64,000 nt of DNA from Acidobacteriota bacterium (GTDB taxonomy: Bacteria > Actinomycetota > Acidimicrobiia > Acidimicrobiales > Palsa-688): assembly GCA_028876385.1 (NCBI GenBank), contig JAGWSF010000163.1:16921-80920 (forward strand), given 5' to 3'. The number at the start of each line of letters is the position of its first letter. Within the stretch, counting starts at the first letter, position 1. A program made the position numbers and the translations under genes. Under the pieces are notes generated by a model that was not told where the DNA came from, ran no database searches, and saw nothing but the letters and a program-made list of their open reading frames with translations. This document shows, in pieces, positions 9,701-17,401 of the stretch.

Positions 9701-10567
9701 GTCCTCGATAACTGCGCCGACCCTGCGGGCCGGACCGACGATGGCTTCCCGGACCTCGTCCGGGGTCATGGGACCAAGAAGTACCTGATGTTGGCGCAGC
9801 GCGGACAGGATCAACGGCTCGGCGGCCGCCGCTTCGTAGAAGTCCGACCGTAGGACCACCAGGACGGCGGTCTCCCGGCATCGTGCGGCGAGATGATCCA
9901 GGGACGCGGCACGGGCGGAATCATCGGCCGAGAGAATCTGCTCGAACTGGTCCACGATGAGGAGCGTGGCTCGGCCACCCTCGATCCGGGCCGGTTCGCC
10001 CAACTGGTCGTGACCGATGACGGTGGCCTTCCAGGACCGCGCCGCGGTGTCCAGTGAACCGGAGGCCACAGCGGGCAGTAGGGCTGCCGACACCAGCGAC
10101 GACTTGCCGGATCCGGAGGGACCGATGAGCACAGCCAACCCGCCTGGCGGATCAGAGCTGGTCAGCCTGGCGAGGCACTGGAGCAGGTCCTCGAGAGACC
10201 GTTTCCTGCCGAAGAACCGGTCTGCGTCGGCCGGCCGGTAGGGCTCGAGGCCCATGTAGGGGGAGACCTGCTTGGGGACCCGGCCGTCGGAGGACTGACG
10301 GACACGGACCAGCGCCTCCATCCACGACTCCACCTCGGCGGGGTCACTGACCCCGCACGCCTCCAGCAAGGATCGGAACAGCGGTAGCTGACGCGGACCG
10401 GGCAGATGGCGTCCGGCGAAGTAATCGCCGATGGTGGCAGTAGGAGATCCGACTTTGCGAGCGACGTCTCTAACGGTGAGCTCGGACTGCGAACGCAGCA
10501 TGCTCAACTCTTGCGCCAGGTCGTCCCGGCTATAGACCCGCGTCGGGTCGGCGTGCCTTCCTGCCAT
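6794..10567 (-). CDS. HTH(XRE)-STAND P-loop NTPase-TM-WD40 (about 14 repeats) protein
   Basis: N-terminal HTH (LTVRDVARKVGSPTATIGDYFAG). YMGLEPYRPADADRFFGRKRS lead-in, Walker A GPSGSGKSS and Walker B LLIVDQFE. TM helix LLVLVAILAASAFVLAGVAVA (about 8935..9003). Then many WD repeats (VTLWD, LQLWS, VRLWN, VWVWD, LHLWD). Confidence 0.9.
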   Translation of the reverse strand: MAGRHADPTRVYSRDDLAQELSMLRSQSELTVRDVARKVGSPTATIGDYFAGRHLPGPRQLPLFRSLLEACGVSDPAEVESWMEALVRVRQSSDGRVPKQVSPYMGLEPYRPADADRFFGRKRSLEDLLQCLARLTSSDPPGGLAVLIGPSGSGKSSLVSAALLPAVASGSLDTAARSWKATVIGHDQLGEPARIEGGRATLLIVDQFEQILSADDSARAASLDHLAARCRETAVLVVLRSDFYEAAAAEPLILSALRQHQVLLGPMTPDEVREAIVGPARRVGAVIEDGLVEVVLADLGPRQRPGAAHGPGGLPLMSYALLATWQRAGRNQLTVGDYLAVGGLRGAVLRAAEELYQALDPTERDVARRLFGRLVRVDSENPPTSRRASRSDLIDTGDPDLDVIAEQVLERFIAARLLTGDTETVHVSHEALLGAWPRLADWIESDREWLNLNRQIQEAAQVWDDHGRDTSLLWRGARLEAAEQAVGEGREMNRLENAFVVESLTQIEKEHRLERRRTHRTQQLLVLVAILAASAFVLAGVAVASRGTAVRARDDALSRQVAIESGQLRTRSPSLAAQLAVAAYRIAPTVQARSALLDATAGDVPFRLLGPAGPLFISLSSSGRILAVAQSGNDTVALYAVKPPGATHLVDLSVGARTDQDFAVAVSPDGTVLAAGGTSGQVTLWDTADPAHPAKVATVGHPGSTVYSLAFSPDGRSLAEASSDGTLQLWSLGADHHPAAAAKWRSPGGDALKAVAYTPAGAVVAAGSGGTVVVWNTAEPSPVPIPGTGAATYQTVSVSADGKLLAAGATDDTTHVWYLTGANSLQPAHAPLDDGTSEVDSTAFDPSGTTLATGTAAGQVRLFDTSSWDPAGTLDQSDPVTALAYTADGKTLVSADSGGHTRLWSLPLQATLSEPGTVYSLDYADSGRYLYATSDSSHSDVTVWDTADSLQPTQAASVEMPAGLGPVAGSGAVSPNGKLLAAANRSALVQLFALPKPSVAVAAGPPLHDAKPTVEQLGFTPNSRVMIGGDDGGELLLWDVTNPATARLLAVRTDTKGEVLGFAVSPDGRLLADAATDAKVRIYDISDPAKPVLLSTVGGFSNYAYTTAFTPDGRTLIAGSADGTVRLWNVTDPSRPAPLGAPLSGPSGYVFNIAVSPDGKTLAAASTDHSVWVWDIADVSRPVHLDTLTAPQDTALVVTFAPGNQVLASSGGDDLLHLWDYQPSTAMSRLCSAAGQAITRAEWAKYVQGLPYRAPCR

Positions 10568-10625
10568 CAGGCCCCTTGTCGATCAGTCCACCCGTCAAGG
10601 ACTGTTGCACTGTAACCAAATCCGT

Positions 10626-10678
10626 CTTGTCCGGGATAGGCCGAGAGAGTCAACTCCGCGTACGGACTTGTCCGGATA
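10626..10678 (-). promoter_or_regulatory. Two direct copies of TATCC(C)GGACAAG, 41 bp apart, upstream of the STAND gene, next to a possible -10 (TACAGT, 10609..10614)
   Basis: Plus-strand cttgtccgggata (10626..10638) and cttgtccggata (10667..10678). Further TCCGGACA at 10740..10747. Operator function is inferred only. Confidence 0.3.
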
Positions 10679-10834
10679 TGCACGGGAGTCCGGCGCAAAT
10701 CTGCGGCTAAAGGCCCCTAAATATCCCGGGAGGGAACACTCCGGACACGAACTATCGCGACCGGAACGCCGTCGACTATCGCCCTCACCCGTCCCCTACC
10801 CAGACCCCGGAGCCTATCGAATCAGCACCCCGGG

Positions 10835-11608
10835 CTAGGCCGGTTTCTGCCACACCGAGACGTGGGAGCGGCTGTCGCCGGTGAAGGGCGCGCCGGTGAA
10901 GTCGGCCCAACGGTGCCGCAGGGTCAGGCCGGCCAGCCGGGCCATGAGATCGAGCTCGGAGGGCCATACGTAGCGGTAGGGGGTGGTGGTGAGCCGCAGC
11001 GATCCACCGTCGGACTCGATGTGGTGGGAGACGGCGTACTGTGACACGAGATCGACATAGTGGTCGTAGCCGACGTGGTCGGCGCCGTGGGCGAAGACCA
11101 ATGTGTCCTGGCCGGGAGGCAGGCGGCGCAGGTCGGGCACGCCGACCTCCACCACGAACGTCCCGCCGGCCTCGAGGTGCTCGGCGGCGTTGGCGAAGCA
11201 GGCGACCTGTTCGTCCATGGTGGTGAGGTTCCCGATGGTGTTGTAGACGAGGTAGACCAGCCGGAAGGACCCCGCGACCCGGGTGGTGGCCATGTCGCCG
11301 ATGGTCACGTCGATCAGGTCCCCACCGGGTTTGGCCCGCAGCCGCTCGACCATGGCCGGCGACAGCTCCACGCCCGACACGGGCACCCCGCGGGCGGCCA
11401 GCGGCAGCGCCACCCGACCGGTCCCTACGGCCAACTCCAGGGCCGCCCCGTCGCCGGCCAGGGAGGCCAGCAGGTCCACGGTCGGTCCGAGCACGCCATC
11501 GGAGAACATGTCCTGCGCCGAGCGGTCGTAGGCCGCGGCTACTTCCTCACCGAAATGGTCCTGGGGCACGCCCCTACCCTGGCATCTCCGCCGCCGTCGG
11601 GCCAGCAC
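10835..11608 (-). CDS. Class I SAM-dependent methyltransferase
   Basis: Motif I LELAVGTGRVALPLAARG, acidic motif II VSGVELS, and post-I/III motifs. The start is uncertain (GTG 11608 or an internal GTG). Confidence 0.8.
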   Translation of the reverse strand: MLARRRRRCQGRGVPQDHFGEEVAAAYDRSAQDMFSDGVLGPTVDLLASLAGDGAALELAVGTGRVALPLAARGVPVSGVELSPAMVERLRAKPGGDLIDVTIGDMATTRVAGSFRLVYLVYNTIGNLTTMDEQVACFANAAEHLEAGGTFVVEVGVPDLRRLPPGQDTLVFAHGADHVGYDHYVDLVSQYAVSHHIESDGGSLRLTTTPYRYVWPSELDLMARLAGLTLRHRWADFTGAPFTGDSRSHVSVWQKPA

Positions 11609-11623
11609 CGGGCGCCCGGCGGC

Positions 11624-12244
11624 TCACATGCGGGTCTCGAGCACTCCCACTCCGTCGCCGGAGAGGTCGACCAGTCCGGCCCGACGTCCCGACATCACCA
11701 GGACCAGCGACTCGAGGGGTCCTTCCGCGACGGGCCCGTCGCCGGCGGTCCACTTGGCGTCCCGGGCGACGAGCCGGACCCCGGCCACCCGGCGTTTGGC
11801 CTCCAGGGGGAAGCCGACCTTGTGCAGCGCGTCCGCCACTTCCACGAGGGTCTCCTCCGGAACGGCTCTCGGCACGCCGAGCGGGCGGCGAATGTCGGCG
11901 GCGTGGCAGACCGTGTCCACCAACATGTTGACCGGCTTGGCGATAGGCGGCGCCTTGTGGACCCCGACCGTCGCCCGCAGCGCGGCGAGAAGCGATTCCG
12001 GCGGGGCCGAACCGGTCACCCGAGCGTCCTCGGCCATGTACCGGTCGAAGCTGAAGCCGCTCTTCACCAGACCGACCAGGAAACGCCCCACCCCGACGCT
12101 GTTGCTGTAGGCGAGGTGGGCGACCACGTGGCGGACCTTCCACTCGGCGCAGAGCGATTGGGTGTCCCACTGGGCGGGCTCCAGATCGGCCAGATCGTCG
12201 GCAAGGGCTTTGCGCTCGGCGTCGTACCTGCCCCACGTGTCCAT
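11624..12244 (-). CDS. DinB-superfamily / mycothiol-dependent maleylpyruvate-isomerase-like protein (TIGR03083-type)
   Basis: N-terminus MDTWGRYDAERKALADDLADLEPAQWDTQSLCAEWKVRHVVAHL matches the characteristic family signature as I recall it. Confidence 0.7.
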   Translation of the reverse strand: MDTWGRYDAERKALADDLADLEPAQWDTQSLCAEWKVRHVVAHLAYSNSVGVGRFLVGLVKSGFSFDRYMAEDARVTGSAPPESLLAALRATVGVHKAPPIAKPVNMLVDTVCHAADIRRPLGVPRAVPEETLVEVADALHKVGFPLEAKRRVAGVRLVARDAKWTAGDGPVAEGPLESLVLVMSGRRAGLVDLSGDGVGVLETRM

Positions 12245-12256
12245 GTCAGCCTCCCT

Positions 12257-14296
12257 TTATGCGAGTCTGGCACAGCGCTGCCGGCGCATCACGCACCGGC
12301 GGGGCTGGCACCGCGCCGGAGGTGAGCGGGCCGCCCCCCGCTCCCACCCGTTGGCAGGAGGTGCCGGACGGCGAAAGGTCCGACACCCGGTCAGCACCGC
12401 CGCGGTGGTTCGGGCCTGGGCCGGGGAGAGCCCGGGGGCCGAGGTGGCTCGGGTCCGGGCGGCGGCGAACCCGGGAGCCGAGGTGGTCCGGGCCTGGGCC
12501 GGGGACGGCCCGGAGGCCACGCTGAGAGGCCGGGCCGAGGGGGAGGCGGACGGCTGCGGGCCCCCCGGGGCCACTCCCAGCTCCTCGAGGGCGTCGCGCA
12601 TGATGACCGAGAAAGCCGGGGCCGCGGCCTGAGCGCCGTAGTCGGGGGTGTCATCGACGACCACGAGCACCGTCACCGCCGGGTTCTGGGCCGGGGCGTA
12701 GCCGGCGAAGCTGGATACGGTGCGGCCGGCGACGTAGCCGGTGGCGCCCCGGTACTGGGCGGTGCCGGTCTTGCCGGCCACGGCGTAGGGGGTGACCGCG
12801 GCGGCGGTCCCGGTCCCCGCCGACACGACCTGCTCGAGCATGCCGGTCATCTCGGAGGCCACCTCACTCGGAACCACCCGGTGGGCGGCCGGCAGGGCGA
12901 CGGAATGGCGGTGGCCGTGGGGTCCGATCACCGCCGACACCAGCTGGGGGGCCACGTAGACCCCGCCGTTGGCGACGGTGTTGTAGGCGGCGACCATCTG
13001 GGCGGCGGTCACCGCCATCCCCTCGCCGTAGCCCATGGTGGCCAGGGTGACCGGCCCGAGGCCGCTCTGGCTGGGGATGAGCCCGGCCGACTCGCCGGGA
13101 AAGTCGACCGGGGTCACCGACCCGATCCCGTAGGAGGCCAGGTAGCGGTAGAGGGCCGGGGCGCCGAGACGCTGAACTATCTGGATGGCCCCGATGTTGG
13201 ACGACTGGGCCAGGATCCCGGTGACCGACAGGCTCTCGGTTCCGTGGTTCTCGGCGTCGTGGAGGAACGTCCCCGCCACGTCGTAGGCGTTGGGGACGGT
13301 GAAGGTCTGCTCGGGCTGGATGGCCCCGGTGGACAGCGCCGCCGACACCGTCACCAGCTTCTCCACCGAGCCCGGCTCGTACACCTCGGTGAAGGCCGAC
13401 GCCGTGGGGGCTTGCACCGGCTGGGGCGTCTGGGCCGCCGTAGGCGACGAGACGATCTTGCCCTGGGCGGTGATGCCGACCGGCAGGGCCGGTGATTGGT
13501 GGCTCCCCGCCGTCGGCATGGCCAGGTCGGCGACGGCCAGCAGGGCGCCGGTGTGGGTGTCCATGACCAGCGCCATGCCGGACTTGGCGTGGCTGGTCAC
13601 CAGCGCCTGCCCGAGCGCCTGCTCGGCCTGATACTGCAACGGCTCGTCGATGGTCAGCTCCACGTCGTCGCCGAGCTGAGGAGCCTGGTAGGCCAGCGTC
13701 CCGCCCGGCACCGGCTGGCCGCGGGGGTCGACCTCCTGCTCGATGCGCCCGGGGCGCCCCGTGAGAGTGTGGTCGTAGGCCAACTCCAGACCGGAGACCC
13801 CCTTGCCGGCGGCGTTGACCGACCCGATGAGAGGGGCGGCCAGTTGACCGGCGGGATAGGTCCGGCTCGGGTTGGTCTCGATGGTGAGGCCGGGCAGGGA
13901 CAGCTTCCGGATTTCTGTGGCGGCGGCCGAGGTGGTCCGACCGGCGAGCACCACGTAGCCGTCGTGGAGGTGTAGCTGGCCGGCCAGTTGCGAAACCGGC
14001 AGATGCAGCAGCGGTGCCAGCACGGACGCCTCGTGACCGGGATGGGCGATCAGCAGCGGGTCGGCGATGACCGTCGGGTGCTCCTCGCTGATGGCGAGCG
14101 GCCGACCGTTGCGGTCGAGCAGCGAGCCTCGCAGTCCGGGGAGCGGGGTGATCCGGGTGTCCTGGCGACGGCTGTAGGTGTTGTAGCGGGAGGCGGCGAA
14201 CACCTGGACGTCGGCCAGGCGCAGCCCGATGACCGAGAAGGCCACGGCCACCGCCACCACGACGACGAACATCCGTCGACGACCCAGGTCGCTCAT
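12257..14296 (-). CDS. Class B penicillin-binding protein (FtsI/PBP2-like transpeptidase) with a low-complexity C-terminal tail
   Basis: TM anchor MFVVVVAVAVAFSVIGL. SxxK (GSVEK), SSN (AQSSNIG) and KTGT (GKTGTA) motifs. Start chosen at MSDLGRRR (14296) rather than the ORF-track 14389. Confidence 0.85.
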   Translation of the reverse strand: MSDLGRRRMFVVVVAVAVAFSVIGLRLADVQVFAASRYNTYSRRQDTRITPLPGLRGSLLDRNGRPLAISEEHPTVIADPLLIAHPGHEASVLAPLLHLPVSQLAGQLHLHDGYVVLAGRTTSAAATEIRKLSLPGLTIETNPSRTYPAGQLAAPLIGSVNAAGKGVSGLELAYDHTLTGRPGRIEQEVDPRGQPVPGGTLAYQAPQLGDDVELTIDEPLQYQAEQALGQALVTSHAKSGMALVMDTHTGALLAVADLAMPTAGSHQSPALPVGITAQGKIVSSPTAAQTPQPVQAPTASAFTEVYEPGSVEKLVTVSAALSTGAIQPEQTFTVPNAYDVAGTFLHDAENHGTESLSVTGILAQSSNIGAIQIVQRLGAPALYRYLASYGIGSVTPVDFPGESAGLIPSQSGLGPVTLATMGYGEGMAVTAAQMVAAYNTVANGGVYVAPQLVSAVIGPHGHRHSVALPAAHRVVPSEVASEMTGMLEQVVSAGTGTAAAVTPYAVAGKTGTAQYRGATGYVAGRTVSSFAGYAPAQNPAVTVLVVVDDTPDYGAQAAAPAFSVIMRDALEELGVAPGGPQPSASPSARPLSVASGPSPAQARTTSAPGFAAARTRATSAPGLSPAQARTTAAVLTGCRTFRRPAPPANGWERGAARSPPARCQPRRCVMRRQRCARLA
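12404..12520. repeat. 3 x 39-bp tandem repeat inside the PBP C-terminal tail
   Basis: ggtggttcgggcctgggccgggga... recurs at 12404, 12443 (diverged) and 12482. It encodes 13-aa SAPG..AQARTT units. Confidence 0.7.
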
Positions 14297-14482
14297 GCGC
14301 CGGGATCGGGCAGGTCCACCCCTACGCCGCGGTCGGGACCGCCGCCGACTCTTTGCTCCGCCCACTGCCGAACACCCACAAAGGGACAATAGGGCCGGAG
14401 GGGGCGGCTGCTGCGATCACCCCTGCCCCCGCCGCCGGGCCGCGCCCCGGGATTTGGCCGGTTCCTGCCAGACTCGTCGGTC

Positions 14483-15451
14483 ATGCCCGTACTGGTCACC
14501 GGCGGCGCCGGCTACATCGGCTCCCACACCGTCCGCCAACTGCGTCAGCGCGGTGAGGACGTGGTGGTGCTCGACACCTTGGAGTTCGGCCACCGCGACG
14601 CCGTAGCCGACACTCCCCTGGTGGTGGGTGACGTCGCCGACGCCGATCTGGTCGCCGACACCATCTCCCAGCACCACATCGACGCCGTAATCCATTTCGC
14701 CGCCTACAAGGCCGCCGGGGAGTCGTTCGAGAATCCCGGCCGCTATTTTTCCAACAACGTGGCCGGCAGCGGCCGCTTGATCGAAGCGGCCTACCGCTCG
14801 GGCGTGCGACGCTTCGTCTTCTCCTCCACCTGCGCGGTGTACGGCACGCCCGCCGCCACCCCCGTCAGCGAGGACGCCCCGGTCCATCCCGAGAGCCCCT
14901 ACGGCGAGAGCAAAGCGCTGGTGGAACGCATGCTGCACTGGTACGACGTCTGCCACCGGCTGCGCTCGGTGAGCCTGCGCTACTTCAACGCCGCGGGGGC
15001 GGCCATGGACGGCTCCCTGGGCGAGGACTGGTCGCAGACCACCAACCTGGTGCCGGTGGCCATGAAGGCCCTGCTCGGGGCGGCGCCGCCGCTGCGGGTG
15101 TTCGGCACCGACTACCCCACTCCCGACGGCACCGCCATCCGCGACTACATCCACGTCGACGACCTCGCCGACGCCCACCTCAAGGCTCTGGACTACCTGG
15201 CCGGGGGCGGCGCGACCACGGCGGTCAACCTCGGCACGGGGATCGGCTCGTCGGTCCGCGAGGTTCTGGCCGCGGCCGAGAAGGCCGCCGGGCGCCCGGT
15301 TCCCGCCGAGGACGCCGCCCGGCGCCCCGGTGACCCCGTCGCCCTGTGGGCCGACGGCACCCGGGCCCGAGAGGTCCTCGGCTGGCAGCCCCGCTACCGA
15401 CTCGACGACATCGTCACCTCGGCGTGGAACTGGCACTCCATGATGGCCTGA
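14483..15451 (+). CDS. galE: UDP-glucose 4-epimerase
   Basis: MPVLVTGGAGYIGSHTVRQL, the YGESK catalytic motif, and full-length colinearity with GalE. Confidence 0.9.
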   Translation: MPVLVTGGAGYIGSHTVRQLRQRGEDVVVLDTLEFGHRDAVADTPLVVGDVADADLVADTISQHHIDAVIHFAAYKAAGESFENPGRYFSNNVAGSGRLIEAAYRSGVRRFVFSSTCAVYGTPAATPVSEDAPVHPESPYGESKALVERMLHWYDVCHRLRSVSLRYFNAAGAAMDGSLGEDWSQTTNLVPVAMKALLGAAPPLRVFGTDYPTPDGTAIRDYIHVDDLADAHLKALDYLAGGGATTAVNLGTGIGSSVREVLAAAEKAAGRPVPAEDAARRPGDPVALWADGTRAREVLGWQPRYRLDDIVTSAWNWHSMMA

Positions 15452-15490
15452 GCCCGCCGGCCGGCCCCGCCGGGGTTGCGGGCCGGGACT

Positions 15491-15559
15491 GCCGGCCGGC
15501 CCGGGCCGGGGCTGCCGGCCGGGCCGGGCCGGGGCTGCGGGGCGGGCCGGGGCGAGGCT
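15491..15559. repeat. 3 x 23-bp GC-rich tandem repeat between convergent genes
   Basis: gccggccggcccgggccggggct / gccggccgggccgggccggggct / gcggggcgggccggggcgaggct. Confidence 0.75.
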
Positions 15560-15565
15560 CCCCTT

Positions 15566-16015
15566 TCAGGTCCGCTCGGGCAGGAGCAGCCAGACCACCG
15601 CCAGCAGTGAGGCGGCGGTGGCCACCTCGGCCGGCAGCCGGGTCGATTTCTCGTTCTGTATCTGCTTGTGGAACCGCTGCCACCAAGACGGCCACGGGTT
15701 CCAACCGAAGAAGTACTCCATCGGCTTGTCGCTGTCCACGATGGCCCCTCCCATCATCCCGGCGACGACCGCCCGGCGGGACCGGCGGGGCGAGATTCCC
15801 GCAGCGAGGGCCATAGCGCCAAGACCGGCGCAGCCGTCGCAGCGGGCCACCCGCAGGAAATCCGAGGAGTTCGCCGACTGGCCCGGCACCCCGTAGTGGG
15901 GGCAGGCGTCCATGGCGAAGTGCGACACCACCCCGGCCGCGAAAGCCCCGACCGGGTGGCGGGCCAGGACCCGCCCGATCAACGCCCCTACGAGCACATG
16001 GCTGGTGACGAGCAC
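15566..16015 (-). CDS. Small polytopic membrane protein, YdjM/DUF457-like metal-dependent hydrolase family (tentative)
   Basis: MLVTSHVLVGALIG..VVSHFAMDACPHYG..AIVDSDKP: a His/Asp pattern on TM helices. Confidence 0.5.
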   Translation of the reverse strand: MLVTSHVLVGALIGRVLARHPVGAFAAGVVSHFAMDACPHYGVPGQSANSSDFLRVARCDGCAGLGAMALAAGISPRRSRRAVVAGMMGGAIVDSDKPMEYFFGWNPWPSWWQRFHKQIQNEKSTRLPAEVATAASLLAVVWLLLPERT

Positions 16016-16173
16016 CCGCTCAGCCTGTCACTTAGCTGCGCTTGGCGGACCTCACCCCGATCCCGCCGGAGCGGGGCGCGTCGGAGCGGGCCCGTCGCCC
16101 TGCCCGGCGGGTGTGACAGGCTGGCGGGCGGAGGCCCGACCGGGCCTCGGCCACGTTCGCGAGGAGCCCCCGC

Positions 16174-16647
16174 ATGCCCGACACCGTCTTCCTCACCGAT
16201 CGCATCGAGGTGACCCGGCCCATCCCGGCCCCCGCCCCGGTCATCTTCGATCTGCTGCGCAGCCCGGCCGGGCACGTCGCTATCGACGCCTCGGGGATGC
16301 TGCAGGACTTCACCGGGGAGCCGGCCGAGAAGGTGGGGGACACCTTCGTCATACACATGGACCGCGAGTCGCTCAACGACGTCCCTCTCGGCCGCTACGA
16401 CGTCACCGTGCACATCATCGCCTTCGAGCGCGACCGGGAGATCGCCTGGAACCTCGGACCCGACATCCCTTACCCCCACTTCTACGGCTACCGGCTCGAA
16501 CCCGGAGACGACGGGGTCACCAACGTGACCTCCTACTACGACTGGTCCAAGGTGACCGGCGACATCAAAGCGCGATTTCCGATCGTCCCCGAGTCGGCGC
16601 TGCGGGCCACCCTCGGGATCCTGGAGCGCACCGTCCGCCGGGGTTAG
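16174..16647 (+). CDS. SRPBCC (START/polyketide-cyclase-like) family protein
   Basis: 157 aa. The N-terminal pattern ITDRIEVTRPIPAPAPVIFDLLRSPAGH is typical of SRPBCC proteins. Confidence 0.6.
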   Translation: MPDTVFLTDRIEVTRPIPAPAPVIFDLLRSPAGHVAIDASGMLQDFTGEPAEKVGDTFVIHMDRESLNDVPLGRYDVTVHIIAFERDREIAWNLGPDIPYPHFYGYRLEPGDDGVTNVTSYYDWSKVTGDIKARFPIVPESALRATLGILERTVRRG

Positions 16648-16682
16648 GACCTCGGGGGGTCGGCGGGTGACCCCGGAGGGCG

Positions 16683-17288
16683 TCAGCCGGAGGGAGCCGG
16701 CGGCTCTTTGGCCGCGCTGCGGACGAGCAGGCCGGCCAGGAACACGTCGCTGATCCGCTCGGCGATGGTCGATGCCGATATGGCGCCCTCCACATGCCAC
16801 CAGCGGGTCAACCAGTTGAGGGCCCCGATGAGGGCCATGGCCGACACGAGCACGTCGGTGTCGGGTGCGAACAGGCCTTCGGCCACTCCCGAGGCGATGA
16901 CGTCCTCGATGAGGCAGACGTACTCGTGGTCCTTGGCCGCCCATTCCTCGCCGAGGCCCCGGCCGGCCACCTCGTGCAGGTAGACGGCGGCGAAGTCGTA
17001 GGTCCGTTCGAGCACCGACACGTGGATCCTGGTCACCCGGCGGACCTTCTCGCTGGCCGGCAGGTCCATCGCCGCCAGCACCCGGAGGGTGCCCAGGAGC
17101 TCCTCAGCGGGAGGGCCCACCACCGCTTCTAGGAGCTCCTCCTTGGACGAGACGTAGTTGTAGAGGCTCCCCTTGGACATCCCCAGGTTGCCGGCGATCT
17201 CGTCGAGGGATGCGGCGGCGAACCCCCTCGCCCGGAACACCTTGGCCGCGGCGGCCACGACGTCGTCCCACCGACTTGGACGTGGCAC
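16683..17288 (-). CDS. TetR-family transcriptional regulator
   Basis: N-terminal HTH: AAAKVFRARGFAAASLDEIAGNLGMSKGSLYNYVSSKEELL. Confidence 0.85.
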   Translation of the reverse strand: MPRPSRWDDVVAAAAKVFRARGFAAASLDEIAGNLGMSKGSLYNYVSSKEELLEAVVGPPAEELLGTLRVLAAMDLPASEKVRRVTRIHVSVLERTYDFAAVYLHEVAGRGLGEEWAAKDHEYVCLIEDVIASGVAEGLFAPDTDVLVSAMALIGALNWLTRWWHVEGAISASTIAERISDVFLAGLLVRSAAKEPPAPSG

Positions 17289-17326
17289 CTTCGTATCCTC
17301 CCGGCGGTCGCCGCCGTAGGCGACCT

Positions 17327-17395
17327 CCGGTTGACTATAGGGCCCGCTCCGGGCGGGAGCGGCGCTGAACAGGCCCTGGGTAGCCGACCTATAGT
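17327..17395. promoter_or_regulatory. Inverted ACTATAGG / CCTATAGT arms in the TetR-thiolase divergent region (candidate operator)
   Basis: ccggttgACTATAGG (17327..17341) and CCTATAGTtcgg (17388..17399) flank an internal ccgctcc..ggagcgg hairpin. Confidence 0.3.
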
Positions 17396-17401
17396 TCGGT
17401 T

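Noticed and set aside
16648-16682. GC-rich imperfect hairpin between the convergent SRPBCC and TetR genes as a bidirectional terminator.
   Set aside because: The stem needs bulges and only 6 contiguous pairs form. That is too weak to call.
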